From assembly GCF_009914755.1 (NCBI RefSeq), contig NC_060931.1: a stretch of DNA of 64,000 nucleotides; one strand, given 5' to 3'. This DNA is from the human T2T-CHM13v2.0 reference genome, Homo sapiens. The notes under the pieces were generated by a model. The model was given only the letters and a program-made list of their open reading frames with translations, had not been told where the DNA came from and ran no database searches. The first letter of the stretch is position 1; each line of letters opens with the position of its first letter. Position numbers and translations under genes: made by a program. Shown in pieces: positions 1 to 14,632 of this stretch.

Positions 1-104
1 CCTCCGTAATTCGGTAAGAATATTTGCCCGTGCTCACAAAACCCTTACTGTAAATAGCGGTTGTCCCTTCAGTCCTAGAGAGATGCTTCTTTGCGATCTT
101 TAAA

Positions 105-118
105 ACACACACACACAC
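105..118. repeat. (CA)n short microsatellite
   Basis: acacacacacacac read directly. Confidence 0.8.
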
Positions 119-851
119 CCCAAAAACAGAAGTAATGTCTGTGATTTGTTCCCTTATACATGGTAATTTTCAGGGTTGGAAGAAATGGAGTGTCTCATCT
201 GGTGTAGAGCTCTACTCCTAAAACATAACCATATTTTGCTCATTGTCAGAAATCCTCAAAAAATATTCCCCCAATATCTCATCTGTGCTGCCACAATGCA
301 GAATGTTAAAAGGATATATTTCAGAGGGCCATTTTGATACTTGTTTACATGCTGCCTAAAAATAAATTATGAAACATGTAATTTTTTTTTTAATTACCAA
401 GGAGTATTCTAAACAAACATTTCCAGCTACTATCTTGCAAGCAAATCTTATGAAACAGTGACATTTGTTTGATACATTTGCCTTGGTAGCAGAATGAACC
501 AGGAATCATCTGTCACCAAAGTGTCAATCTCAGAATTTATTTCAGTTTCTTCCTTTTTGATATAATAGGTATAATTAATTTCACTTAACAAGTATATTTC
601 ACTTTCTAATAATGAAACTTATTTGGTTTTCCATTTGACAATTTGGGTGATGGTCACCAAGTTTTTATTTTCCAGATTATGCTAACCTTATTTGATTGGC
701 ATACACCACACACTGAATGGAGAAACCACAGTGAAAGCTTTTTCATTTTAGTCCTGAGTTAAGAGTTTGTTCTAACAGTAGTGTTGTCTGTGATATATAA
801 ATAAGCATATATACAAAAGGACTGTCTCTCTCCTTGAGAATGAAAATTCTT

Positions 852-1149
<298 letters not shown>

Positions 1150-1381
1150 TTATTAATGAGAAGGAGTCAGGTTAGAATAATGGTTTGGGATGTTTGTTGC
1201 AAACATATTTTGAAATTAGGAAAAAAAAAAGAAAAGGAAACTATTTTTTGCATTTTGTCAGCCATTTTGAGGTTTTTGGATTCAGTATGAAATGGCCATC
1301 GCTGGGTATGTGGAAGAATAGATACTTCTTGCAGTGTTAACTGAGCCCTCTTTTTCTTCACTGTCTCCTCGAAAAAAAATC

Positions 1382-1486
1382 TGTTGTGGGTTGAATTGTG
1401 CCCTCGCAGAAGAGATCTTAAAATTCTACTTTTTTGAAGTGACATTTAATTTTCTACTTTAATGAAGGTGACATTATTTGGGAAAC
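1382..1486 (+). mobile_element. MaLR LTR (MLT1B/C-like), 5' part, interrupted
   Basis: tgttgtgggttgaattgtgccc...gtgacattatttgggaaa matches MLT1 start; continues at about 2655. Confidence 0.7.
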
Positions 1487-2654
1487 ATAACATTTTGGTC
1501 AAGGACAGACCACATATACTCTTTTATGATGGTGGTTCCATAAGATTACATTGGAGCTGAAAAATTCCTATTGCCTACTGATGTAGCCTTTGTAACATCA
1601 TAGCACAATGAATTACTCACATGTTGGAGGTGATGCTGGTGTAAACAAGCCTACTGCACTTCCAGTCGTATAATAATAATAAACGACTACATGACTAGTT
1701 TCTGTATTTACGATACCATCCTTTCTATCATCGTTTTAGAGTATACTCTTTCTGCTTATTTTTTTGAAAAGTTAACTATAAAACAGCCTCAGGCAGTAGG
1801 TATTTTAGAAGAAGGCATTGTTATCCGAGGAGATGACAGCTCCATGTGTGTTATTGCCCCTGAAGACCTTCTAAGTGGGACAAGATGTGGAGATTCAAGA
1901 CAGTGATATAAATGCTCTTGACCCTGTGTAAACCTAGGCTAATGTGTATGTTTGTGTTTAAGTTTTAAACAAAAAACTTTAAGACAATAAAACTTTAAAA
2001 TTGAAAGTTTATAAAGTAAAAAAGTTATAGTAAGCCAAGATTAATCTATTATTGAAGAAAGATTTTTAAAAACCAATATAGTGTAGCTTAAGTGTACAGT
2101 GTTTATAAAGTCTATCGTAGTGTACAGTAATGTCTTAGGCCTTCACGTTCACTCACCGCTGTCTCACTAACTCACCCAAATTAACTTCCCTTGTTGCCAC
2201 AGTCATGGAACACGCTGTAGTCACGGTAAGTGCACCATACAAGCATATCATTTTTTATCATTTTTTTTTTTTTTTTGAGACGGAGTCTTTCTCTGTCGCC
2301 CAGGCTGAAGTGCAGTGGCACAAGCTCAGCTCACTGCAACCTCGGCCTCCTGGGTTCCAGCAATTCTCCTGTCTCAGCCTCTTGAGAAGCTAGGATTACA
2401 GGCATGTGCCACCATGCCCGGCTAATTTTTATATTTTTAGTAGAGGCAGGGTTTTGCCATGTTGGCCAGGCTGGTCTTGAACTCCTGACCTCAGGTGATC
2501 TGCCCACCTCGGCCTCCCAAAGTGCTGGGATTACAGGCATGAGCCACTGTGCCCATTTTTTATCTTTTACACTGCATTTTTACTGTACCTTTTCTATGTT
2601 TAGTTACACAAATACTCACCATTGTGTTACAGTTGCCTACACTATTCAGTACTG
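1487..2654 (+). mobile_element. Tigger3b-like TcMar DNA transposon relic (split by an Alu)
   Basis: ggtggttccataagatta..ggagctgaaaaattcctattgccta; gaagaaggcattgttatc..ggagatgacagctccatgtgtgttattgcccctgaagacctt match recalled Tigger3 consensus. Confidence 0.85.
2261..2554 (-). mobile_element. AluSx-type element
   Basis: Antisense Alu with poly-T; 11-bp TSD cattttttatc at 2249-2259 and 2554-2564. Confidence 0.95.
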
Positions 2655-2998
2655 TAGAGTCTTTGCAGTTGTAATCAAGTTAGATGCGATCATGCTGGCT
2701 TAGAATGGGCCCTAAATCCAGTGGCTTGTGTTCTGATAAAAATAAGTTAAGACATAGAGATACACAGAGGGAAGAGAGCATGTGATAATGGAGGATGATC
2801 CAACTGTAAGCCAAGGAATACTAGGGATTGTCAACAAGGACCGGAAGCTCGGAGAGGCAAGGACGGATTATTCCTTAGAACCTTTAAAGGGAACATGGCC
2901 CTGTTAGCATCTTAATCTCTGACTTCTGGCTCTGAACTGTGAAAGAATAAATTCCTATTGTTTTAAGCTAGAGAGTTTGTGGTAATTTGTGTGGCACA
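2655..2998 (+). mobile_element. MaLR LTR (MLT1B/C-like), 3' part
   Basis: gtctttgcagttgtaatcaagttagatg...aagccaaggaa...gaggcaagga...gaactgtgaaagaataaattcctattgttttaagc...tttgtggtaatttgt. Confidence 0.8.
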
Positions 2999-3404
2999 TT
3001 CCCCCACCCCCACCTTTTTTTTTTCTTTTTTAACAGTTTCCATTTTGTGATTAAGAATGACTTTCCCTTTTATAATAACAAATATAATAAAAAAAACACA
3101 CAGAGTTTTTAAGCAAATATCACATATATCAAGGGTATTCATTTGGATTTCCAAAATACTGCTTTGAATGTTTCAATAGATCATAAAAGAACTGGCATTT
3201 CTGGAAATTGCTAGATGGGCCAATTTCCAAACATTGTTGTACAACGTTTCGTTTCATACTTTACACCTGGGAGCACCCTGGTTCCCCCAGTGAAATTAGG
3301 AAAACATTTCTCTACCCTATCTGCTTGTATCTCTTCCTAAGCATCTGCCCTTTTCCAAACATCTTGTTCTAAGTGTTTTTTCTCATGTTGGTGCTAGTGA
3401 GACT

Positions 3405-3480
3405 TCTTTTTGAGATGGGGTCTTGCTATGTTACTCAGCTGCCCTAAACTCCTGAGCTCAAGCAGTATCACCCACCCTCA
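3405..3480 (-). mobile_element. Alu/FLAM fragment
   Basis: tttttgagatggggtcttgctatgtt...aactcctgagctcaagca. Confidence 0.75.
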
Positions 3481-3520
3481 GTATTCTGTTATATATAGCA
3501 ATGCAAAATGGACTAAGACA
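3481..3520 (+). mobile_element. MaLR (MST/MLT1A-type) LTR 3' terminus
   Basis: gtattctgttat..agcaatgcaaaatggactaagaca is the typical MaLR LTR end. Confidence 0.65.
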
Positions 3521-5399
3521 ACTTAGAAGCAGTGTCTGGCACCTTGGGAGCTATCAACAAATGTCTGTCACTGCCATTCAAACCTATGTTCACACACACT
3601 TTGCATATGTATTTATAAATTAACAAAGGAATCAACCTTCAGCAAGACTCTACCCAGATCTTTCACACATCATGAAATACCCACCAACGTCCATGTTAAA
3701 GCCAGTTTTCATTTTTAGAGATGATTAAACTTCTGCACTAAACAACACTGGGCACCAAGTGTTTTGTGACTGGGTAGTTTTTGAAGTTCAGTAGGCTTCA
3801 TGAACATGTGACTGTTCAAAAAAGCAGTTTGTTGAGTGAAAAAATAGGCTTTCATCTAGCAGTTTTAGAAGGATGGTTTGGGATGAGCTAAATGAGATGG
3901 GGCACCAATCACAACAATATCAAGAGTAGGTTTCTAAAAAGAATGTTGATTGTTTTATGGCATTATGATAAACTTCCACTAGTTATCACAGACTTGAGCA
4001 TTAAACAGATAAATAAATGAGGGGCAGGGTGGAAAAAGTAAGATTTAAGAAAGACATTAAGTCCAGCTGTGAAAAAACAATAAATTTATGATGTAAAATG
4101 GTGTGTAACATCAGAGACAAGATTAATATTCTAGAATATAAAAATGAAAAAGTTCTGCAAAATGAAATATATCTTTAAAATAGAATATAGAAAAGTAAAT
4201 AATAAAAAACCCATACAAAAGTCCTAAGAAAGATACAACTTTATAGCCAATAAAATAGTTCCTCTTATTTAAAACTAATCAAAGGAGGTACATATTTACA
4301 CATGTGAACATGATAGTACCTGTATATATAGGTGTAGTTAAGAAATTAAGGAGAAGAGAGCCTTTTGTGTGTGTGATTCCAGTTACTGTGTCACTTAGAC
4401 ATCCAAGTACAGGGGTGGTATAAAACACTGGGTATTTCTTATAACCAAAGGTTCAAAGCCCTTATGTAAATGGCCAGCAACAGGAGTGAAGGTGTTGGGG
4501 TTGCATTCACTCTCCTAGGCTAAAGCTCATGTAGACAAGGCCCCATTTAACTGCAACTCAGAACAGAAATTTCTGCTAGGGGACCAATTAGTTTTAAGAA
4601 TGTCATAGCCTTTTCCCTTTGGGATCTGTGGGTTCAGGGAAAGCACATTCCTCTTCATTCCTGTGGTCACCCACAGAATTGTGATACATTTCTCCTGTAG
4701 ACTGCTGCATGCTAACCTCTTGGTTTTTAGTCACTTGGGCCCTTTTCATCCTCAGTCACAAATAGTGAATTTTATAACTATTAGGTTAAGAAGTTATTCA
4801 GTGACCCAGCTTGTTAAGAGGAAAGGCAAAGCTGTTCCACTGCATTTTATGATCAAGGAACTTGCTGCACTCTCCTGTCTACCTCCCCGTAACAAGTGGA
4901 AAGCAATCACTGAACAGAGGAAATGAAGCCTTCTTATGGCAGTAGGGACTGAAAAAACATTGGTATTTTTCCTAACTCTTGTAAAACTGAGATATTAATG
5001 TTATATGCAAAATATTGTCTTGGAGTTGACAGCTGTAAATGTTGGAAAACTCAGAAAGAGTTGATAAAGTTGTTAGACATTAGGGAGGATTTGGTAGAGG
5101 AAAGAGATTCTTTCAGCTTTGTAGCACAGATTTGGGTGTCTAGACTTCCGTCTTAATTGGATAAATTGAAGAGGAAGTTTGGTTGTCCATATTTGGGGAT
5201 GGAGACAAGGTCAGGAATGGACAGTAGGGACATGATAGCACTATTAAATATTACTGGATGAGATGGGATATTACATTATTGATTTCCAAAACACACAACC
5301 ATGATATACTTTAGTGTGGAAAGTATGCAAAGGGAAAATGTGACATATTATTTGTCAGTTTACTGAAGAAAATCAGTTGGTTTTGAGATCTTTATGATT

Positions 5400-5521
5400 G
5401 ATTGAGAAGGGGGTCTCCCTGTTTGGACCAATCTGGTGTCCAACTCCTGGGTTCGAGCAATTTTTTTTGCCTTAGCCTCTTGAATAGCTGGAATTACAGG
5501 CCTGCGCCACCTGCACGTGTC
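5400..5521 (-). mobile_element. Old Alu monomer (FLAM/FAM-like)
   Basis: gagaagggggtctccctg...aactcctgggttcgagcaa...gccttagcctcttgaatagctggaattacagg. Confidence 0.75.
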
Positions 5522-5812
5522 TCTGATTTTGAGATTTTTTTTAGACTACAGAAGAGAAGTTGTTGTTGTTTTTAAGCAAATATTCATATAGTTCATGAAT
5601 GAAAGGAGAAAGATGCTGTGTTTTTGTTGTGTGTTATCTGTACCTCTACCTTTTACCTGGAAGATAGCCCAAAGACTTTGCTAAAATGAGGTGCCCTTCT
5701 TTCTTCACAGCTACACTGGTTCATCCTAGTGGCTCTGTTGGGCTTTCTCAGAAGTTAGCACTCTGTTTTACATTGTGCCCCTTACCTTCCATCTAGAGTT
5801 TCAAAACCATAA

Positions 5813-6188
<376 letters not shown>

Positions 6189-6254
6189 TATTCATGTCTT
6201 CTAAATGCTTTTCTTGTCATCTTATGGTAATGTCTGAATTGAATACCATAGAAA

Positions 6255-6450
6255 GAGGATAGTTTGTAGTCAGACTGACCTGGGTTTCTGTGACTTAGGA
6301 GTGACTAATCTTGGATGAGTTATTTAACATCTTTGAGCTCTGGTTGTCTTGTCTGTAAAACGGTAATATTGTTGAATTCTTAGCTTATGTGAATATGAAA
6401 TGGGTCTCACATAGTGCTTATGCATAATAGACATTTGAATGGTACATAGT
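6255..6450 (+). mobile_element. MIR
   Basis: gtcagactgacctgggttt...cttggatgagttatttaacatctttgagctct...tctgtaaaa core. Confidence 0.65.
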
Positions 6451-7014
6451 TATTTAGTGGTTATTAGTGTCACTCAGGCTTACTTAGTGGCTCAGAGTTC
6501 ACTTTAGATCCTTAACTAAGAAGGCACCTATAAGGAGCCTCTAGCTTTTCATTTACTGCCCATCCACCTCACCTAGCTGGGAGCTGCTGGCTGCCTCCCA
6601 GGGCCCTGATGGATCCCCTTAGGTCTAAAAGACTTAGACTAGTAATCTTGGCATTCATTTTGAGTTGCCTATTCTCAAGTGTCATTTTAAGTTCATTTGT
6701 TATGCTAATGCCTTAACAAATACCGTGTTTCCTAATTAGTCCATATGTAATAAGGCATGGTACCTACCTGCATACTTGAATACAAAATTTTCTATGCAAA
6801 AACCCTTAGTTCCGCATTGCACTATGGGGGGGATTGTTGCAGCACATGGAGAAATCTTTTTTCTTCTGACGTGAATGGTAGTGACATATTACACTAGAGC
6901 AGATCATGAAAGCTAGGGATACGTGGTTGTTGGAGTCATTTAAAATTGGTTTGGACAGTGTGCTGTTGAACAGAACACCTTTTGAGTAGTTCTGGTCCTA
7001 AATACGTGTTTCCT

Positions 7015-7810
7015 TGACTGCTGTAACAGCCAGTCCTAACTGGCCTCCTTATTTCCAGTTGTTCTGCTTCTCTAATCCAGTTATATGTATGGCTGCTACA
7101 TTAATCCTGAACTACACCTCTGATTCTGCCACTCTCCTTATTCTCAACTTTTAAAAAGGATCTCATTTCGTAGAGACAATGGCCATATTCCCATGGTGTG
7201 GCCTAAGCTTCCAAACATTTCTTATAATGGCCTTTATATACTGTTTGCTCCGATTTAGAATGGTTCTTAACAAGGGGCCTTTGGAAATGTGTAGAGACGT
7301 TTCTAATATGCAGGTCACTGGGGACACTTAATGGTTGGGGGTCAAAAGTGCTCCATGGAACAGTCCTGCCTACTGCAGATTTGACCAAATGGCATTGGCA
7401 CACCCACTGAGCAATACACAAGTTCGCCAAACTGGATTGTGGTTTTCCATATATGCTTCATGCGCTCTGTCCTTTTTGCTTTTCCTGATTTGCCTCCTGC
7501 CTGGATTGCTCTTTCTTATCATTTGTGTGCAAGTGTTACCCACTCTCATTATTCAAGGAGTCGGGACCATCTCTGTGAGGCTTCTCTGGTCCTTTGTGTC
7601 AGAAGTAATCTCTTACTGAGCAGCCATAGTACTTTATCCATGTCTTGTTTTATGGCGTTGTTTTTCTAGTTTTGCACTGTGGGCACATCTCATCTCCATT
7701 ACTAGACTTTTAGCTCCTTTGAAGGTAGGATTCAGGTTTGATTCGTTTTTGTATCCTCAGCATGCAGATGGTTCCTTGAAGATCATAGACACTTGTTTTG
7801 AGTGGATGAA
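7015..7810 (+). mobile_element. L2 3' fragments with an embedded hAT (MER20/MER5C-like) relic at about 7258-7420
   Basis: tcctaactggcctcc L2 motif; L2 tail ttgtatcctcagc...gagtggatgaa; internal tggttcttaac...tttggaaatgtgt...ctgagcaatacac. Confidence 0.5.
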
Positions 7811-8149
7811 GAGGTCCATTCCTACCCTGAAGCAATAGCAATTTCAGGAATTGTTGTTTGTTACCTGAAAACCCCCACCAATGGGACTGAATCGTTTATG
7901 TTAGTTTTGGTTTCTTATATGTTTTATATGTTTTGGAATAACTTTCACATCACACTGACTAAAGTATGGTAGCTTCTAGTTGTGAAATCTAGTCAATGTG
8001 TAAAACAACTAGAAGATCTCATGGTAAGTGGGATCTTCTTTGGAGGAAGCAGTGAGATGGGTGCCTGAGTTAGAATTCCTTTCTTCAGTTAGAATAATGG
8101 AATATCAAAATTGTCATGGCCTTTTAAAGTACTTATGTCCAGTGTCCTG

Positions 8150-8280
8150 ATATTACAGATAATGTATGAGGCCCAGTGAGGCTAACTTGTCCAAGGTATG
8201 GATCCCATCAGAAATAATTTCAGCATTGTTGTATTTCTGTTTTCTTTGACACCTAAGATTTGGACTTAGAATCACCTGCT
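8150..8280 (-). mobile_element. MIR
   Basis: ttacagat..tgaggcccagtgaggctaacttgtccaagg. Confidence 0.55.
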
Positions 8281-11200
8281 TCTTCAAAGAGAGCTTCCTT
8301 TGTAATTTTTCTTCTTGACTTAATGAAAGCCTGTCCCAGTGTTCTCTGTTTAGGGTTTTGCTCACTAATCATAATGACGCCATTGTTCTTTTCTCTTTTG
8401 CTAGAATTGCTTCAGTGCCTTAACAGGCAAATTAGACAATGAGAAGAAGAAATTTTTTATTTTAGATCCCTTTTTATCCTATTTGGTCATTTAGAGCACC
8501 AGGCAGTCTATCTCCTAAAGAATGAGTTTCACAGTGCACTGGGGATTTAGTTGCCTAAGGTGTCCTATGGCTGAAAAGTGAATTCTTTATGATTTTGGCA
8601 GCATTTAGAATTCTTCTGAGCTACGGAAAACTCAAGTTTTATGACCTCTTTGTTAGGCTGCATTGCAGAGACACTGTAATATTGCCTAGTCAGTGAGAAA
8701 GATGACTAGGTTTGTTCTGCGGGACATCAAAGAATAAAAGTAGGATCAGATATATGGGAACATATTTCTGCTCAATGTGAAGAAAATAACTTTCTAAGAA
8801 AAGTGTCTGGTAGAAGAGAGTGAGCTGCTTCAGGAGAAGGTAGGAACATGGAGAAGATTTTACAGTACATGGGAAGCTGAACTTAAAAGACTTTGAAGTT
8901 CTCATCCAACCCACAGACCCTGTGATCCTATGACCTTATAAAAATGAAGAGACCAATTAGTTCACCATAGAAGTAATACGTTATTATTAGTATTTCCACA
9001 CATGGCTTGCAAGTGACTTAGCTGGTTCTTGTTGAAGCTGCCTTCACTATGTGGCAATCATCCTTCCTCCCCGCCCCCCCTTCATTATACTAATATATAT
9101 AATTGAACACAGAATTCATCGAGAAAAATGGAAAACTGATTTTATTGCCTTGTGATATTGACTTTTCTTTATAATTGTAACTCCTCCCAGTTATGCCAAG
9201 TTGCTGGGGCAGAGACAATAGCAGTGCTTTGGCTCCATAGGAGTTAAGAAAGGAAGAAGAAACTTTTTTGTTCATTTGATTTTTTTTTTCCACTTGGAAT
9301 AGAAATCCGGTTCTGAACCTTGTTTCATGGTTTGATTTATAAGTCCTTCCTTTTAGCCAAGGAATATCTTTTTGCTAACCTTAGAGCAAATTAGCCAGAT
9401 GCTTATATATTTGATAGAGCTTTTCCTTCTGTTATTAATAATTAAAGTAAAAGCAATCATAATGAAATGTCAATTCAGTAATAATGAAAATGTTCCAAAG
9501 CATGTTCAGATTTGTAATCTCATAGAATACATGAGAATAATTACCTGGATTATTCCCAGTAATCGTTTCATAGAGGGGAAGCCCAAGATACTGAACTTTG
9601 GTATAATTATTTGCAGTACTTAGTCCAGATTCCCCTTTTTCACTTAAGACAACATCCCATAAAATTTTCGCTTGGGTTATATACAATTAATCTGAGTGGT
9701 GACCAGTTTCTTGATGATCAAGCTGTAATATCTGATCCTAGTTAGGTTGCATATCTTTGAGGAGGCAGAGAATAGTTTCATGCCCTGCCTGGCTGGATCC
9801 TCAGTAACTATTCTTAGTCCAGTGCCTTATTTACCTGTCTGACTTCCTATTGTTTCTTGATTGTCTCTCCCAAGCAGGGGAGATTAATCTAAACACACTG
9901 ACCTCCTTTGTGGTTGTTGAGGATGATCACAGTTGAGGTCTGGTTGTTTTCCAGGCAGAAAAGGGAAGTTAATTTAATAGGATCCTAATCACAATAGTGG
10001 TTTCTGTGATATATGTGCATGAGTTTGAAAAGCAGTCCTGGGGTCCTGCATTCTCACATTGGCCTGCACTGCCTTTTGCCAGGGACTCTGATAAGATAAC
10101 TGGTCTTCAGATGAGGAATGTATTTCTTTTCATGTTAAGGCATCATTAAACAGCCTGGGGAGCTTATTTTTCTATTTAAGCCTCATTCTGTCATAGGTTA
10201 CAATCCTTTGGGGGGCAGAGATGTGTTGTTAGTTCGCTGAAAGTAGAATTTAATTGGCTATTCTACAGAGTAATGATTTTTAATTTGGCAAGAGAGTCAT
10301 GATGCAGTCAGCCTTTTAGGTCTTTAAAGTTGTATGGAAGTTAAAGAAAGTAACCAAACCTTACTTGGAACACTTGGCTCCTCCCTCTGCAAAGCAGGGC
10401 TGTAGACCTCTGTGTGTGATTGTGGGTTGGGCACACTGGAGCTTCTGGCCATCATGAGTAGCTGTAGTGGGGGCAGGGAGAGTGAGGGTTGTCTGCTTCA
10501 CCACTGACCTTTTCCAGTGGCCTGGACTGAGTTTTTCAACTGCTGTATGTGTATTCGTTATAGAAATGCTGAAGACTACAACTGCCCAGCAAGTGAAGCA
10601 TTATCTTCCTCCCCATTTTCCTAAATAGGAAGTAGACCTATTGCAACACCTAGTGTAGTAATGTATGTGGCAGTGATTTCCTCTTTAATTCAGCAAACAT
10701 GCTGCAGGAGAATGGGGACTCATGGTAAGATTCTGCACATTGGAAATTGGGGACAGATATCAATTCTGGATATATTTCCTTTAAAGGGTAGTTAGTTATC
10801 ACATGCCTTCTGAGGATTGCATGAGTCACCTTCTAGTGTGGCACCCCTTTTCATTTGGGTATGTAGAGCCATGGTTACTGTTCAACAGACGTTGAACCAG
10901 ATGTGCCTGCTATTACAGAAGTGAAATCTGACAGCTGTTACCTAAACTCTTCAGTGGCTCTTATTCTATCTACCTCAGCCTGTTTTGATTTTTGAAGCCT
11001 TATTAGATACAACAATTTTTGCCCATGGGGAACAGGCTTTCCCTTTTTGGTGATTGACAGGATACTGGTCAGTAGACAGTGATAAGCAGGATTCTGTGAT
11101 TCTTTTTCCCCTGATGAATATTGTGTTAACAGACTACAGCAGCTTTGTGCTACAGCAGATTCGTTTGATGTCATAGGGAGATGGATTTCCTTCCACTTTA

Positions 11201-11414
11201 GCTTTTATCTGCTTGTATTAATACCTATGATTAGAGAGGCTGCATGCTGTTAACACATTGATAATTAAGATTGCCATGTTAAAGTGAGTGGTTATAGGTC
11301 AGACATACCCACACATTGCTGAGGATCCCTGTAGCAGCTGTACTTGGAGTTTAGCTTGAGGTTGTCTTAGCTCTTTTGCTTCATGTGAAATTTTATGAGA
11401 AAAAAAAATTCTCT

Positions 11415-11480
11415 TTAATCATCAAGCACTTATTGAGCACCTACTGTACCCAGATCTTTTTATGCTCTGCCTTGAAGACT
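11415..11480 (-). mobile_element. L2 3' end fragment
   Basis: atcaagcacttattgagcacctactgt. Confidence 0.5.
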
Positions 11481-12596
11481 TAAAAAATTTTATACTAGTT
11501 TGGTGGCAACTTTGGTCATGTATGAAATAGTATGGTTTAGACTTGGATAATTAATGTTCCTTAAGGTGGGGACCTATACCAGTTATTTTATATTGACATT
11601 TTCATTGTGTTGATAGGAAACATGTTAAATGGAAACCCTTGAGTTCTTAGATATTCATGGATTAATGTTACCACATCTAATGGATATTCCAAGGTATAAA
11701 GAAAACGAAGTGAACAGGAAATTACTAACTTTTGTTGAGTTTCTACATATGGGTTATATTGTGATAGGTGCTTTGTATGTATTAACTGATTTAAACTTCT
11801 GGATATTATCTCACAGTTCTGCCTCCCCCTACCATTGAAGCCTTTACCTCTTGTCTCATTTATTACACAGCTTTTTGGCTCACTGTTTCAAGTATGACTG
11901 TTCATTTCTTCTTTGTAAAATTCAGATCACATCACTTCCCTTCCTAAAAGTTTTCTTCACTTTTGCATTCTACAGGTTAACGTCTCTGCCGGGCAAACAA
12001 AGCGAGGCCCTTGCTAACTTGTCCCCTGGCTCCCTCTCTAGCATGACCTCCTCCTGTTGTATTCCTTTTTGAACTCTCCATTCTTTTCTACTGCCTATCC
12101 TTCTTTCCTCCCTCTGGAAAACTCTAAGTCTTCCTTTAAGTTTGAAAGCTTCAGAGAAGTACCTCTCCCCTCTCCTACTTCTGAAATCATTATTTCTTAA
12201 AGAACAACTAATTCTGAAACATGGAAAAGGTATAATTTCAGAATAATGGACAGTCCTTCAACCTGGAGTAATTTACAGTAAATTCATCCAAGTGCATTCC
12301 CACCACATTGTTCTCCCTTTTTTCATTTTGTGAGAACTGGGAAAAACTTCACTATAAGCTCTCCCTTGTTCACAGTCCTGTATTTTTGAGCCTCTTGTGT
12401 ACGTAGTGAAAGTGGTAGAGAGGCTGGAATTGGGAGAATGTGAGTGAAGCAGGAAAAATATAAAAAGGTTTTATTTATTGAAATATAGAATATTTTGGAA
12501 GAGAATAGTTTTTAGAGAAAGGCATGGGTAGTATGAGAGCAGAAAGGCATGAAGAAACCCCATGATCATGAAAGTGGGGGCTGGCTTAAAGGAATG

Positions 12597-12899
12597 TTTT
12601 TTCTTGTTTTGTTTTGTTTTGTTTTTTGAGACAGGGTCTTGCTCTTTTGCACAAGCTGGAGTGCAGTGGCACAATCACGGCTTACTGTAGCCTCTTGACC
12701 TCCTCAGCTCCTGCCTTGACCTCCTGCCTCAGCCTCCCAAGTAGCTGGGACTACAGGGACACAGCACCACACCTTTTCTGGTAGAGATGATATCTCACTA
12801 TGCTGCTCAGGCTGGTTGAGAAGTTCTGGCCTCAAGTAATCCTTCCACCTTGGCCTCCCACAGTGCTGGGATTATAGGAGTAAGCCACCATGCCCGGCC
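12597..12899 (-). mobile_element. AluJ
   Basis: gagacagggtcttgctc...cttactgtagcctc; (GTTTT)n tail; TSD aggaatg. Confidence 0.9.
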
Positions 12900-14301
12900 A
12901 GGAATGCATTTAGATTGACCAGTGGAAGGAAGGAAGGGAAGTCAAAGTAGAAATTAATTGGAAGATGAACAGCATAGAGAAACAAGGGCTAGTCATGAAG
13001 CCCTCCTCCAAGATTTTTTAATAACTGCTTGAGTTTTGTGGGATGATTCCTGAGTATGCAGAGACAGAAGTGATATTGATTCATCTTGTGAATTCTGATG
13101 CATGCTCTTCACAGAAGGAAAGAGAAAAATCTTATATGAGTTTATTAGTGGTGAGATGACATTCTTTAAGAAATACCATCCTTGATGGCCATTGGGGAAC
13201 TTGAGCCATTTAAGCCTTTTGGCCTAAAAGTGATCTAACAATTCAATATCTTTCTGGGTGACTGTAATTGCTAGATGTTCGATAGTCATGAAATTTAGTT
13301 AGCATTCTTGCTGTTGAATTGATTCTTAGTGTTTATTTGCAAAACCTCAAATGTGTATCTAAAGTCTTGAATGCTTTCTCATAGTTATTCATTGTATACT
13401 CAGTAGATATGAAATATCAATTTTACAGGCTACCAAAATGGTATTTAATGGTGGCTGACAGGATAGTGTTTAAGGACAATATGTATTGGATACTTAAATT
13501 TTTCTATTACCTGATTCTTGGCACAGATCATTGAATTTAAGTTATACTGAGATTGCAGAAGATCTGCCTGCCTCAATAACCCCAGCTATGCTGCATGTTT
13601 ATTTAGTCCTGGTTCCTTCCTGTGCCTTCTGCTTTCTAAGCATGTACAGAAGAAAATAAAACAATTATTTGGTTTCTACCTTAACATCTGCTTGCATCAG
13701 GAAAGATGTCTAAAAAAAATTTGAGGGACATTTTTGCGGACACTTCCTGAAGCCTGGACCAGTTTTATGTGATTTGTTGACATCCTTTTTTTTTTTCTTT
13801 ACCCTTTTCTAATGCCTGCTTCTTCAATTATCCTTAAAGACCCAGGGTTTTACCACACTGCAACTTAAAATTTGAGGGTAAATTTGGTAAATCTTGAGCT
13901 CCTTAAAAGATGATCTGTTTTATACCCATTTCATTTTTCTCTTGAATTTCATTTTAAATTGATCGCTATGTATTTTAGGCTTATGCATTGCCCTTTTAAT
14001 GGCTTCTTGGATAAAATACATTGTTCAGTTAGATAAGTAAAGAAGTCATCTGGATTACTGAGCATGACTCACTTAAAATCTCATTGGGAACAATTTCTCT
14101 GCCCACTCCTTGTTAACTATGTATTCTGCTGGTATGCAGAACTTAACTGTTCTAAAGAGTTAAAATAAGCCATGGAGATCAGGATTTGGGGTAACAGCCC
14201 TCCCTTCAAGACAAGGACTATGAGTTTCTTTACTCCACTTTTTCCTTGACTGGCTCTTGGTTTTCCTTATCCCTTTTGCTATAGATTTCTTTGCTGCATA
14301 G

Positions 14302-14632
<331 letters not shown>

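Noticed and set aside
1691-1906. ORF within Tigger3 as possible transposase
   Set aside because: Non-autonomous degenerate relic; no DDE domain visible
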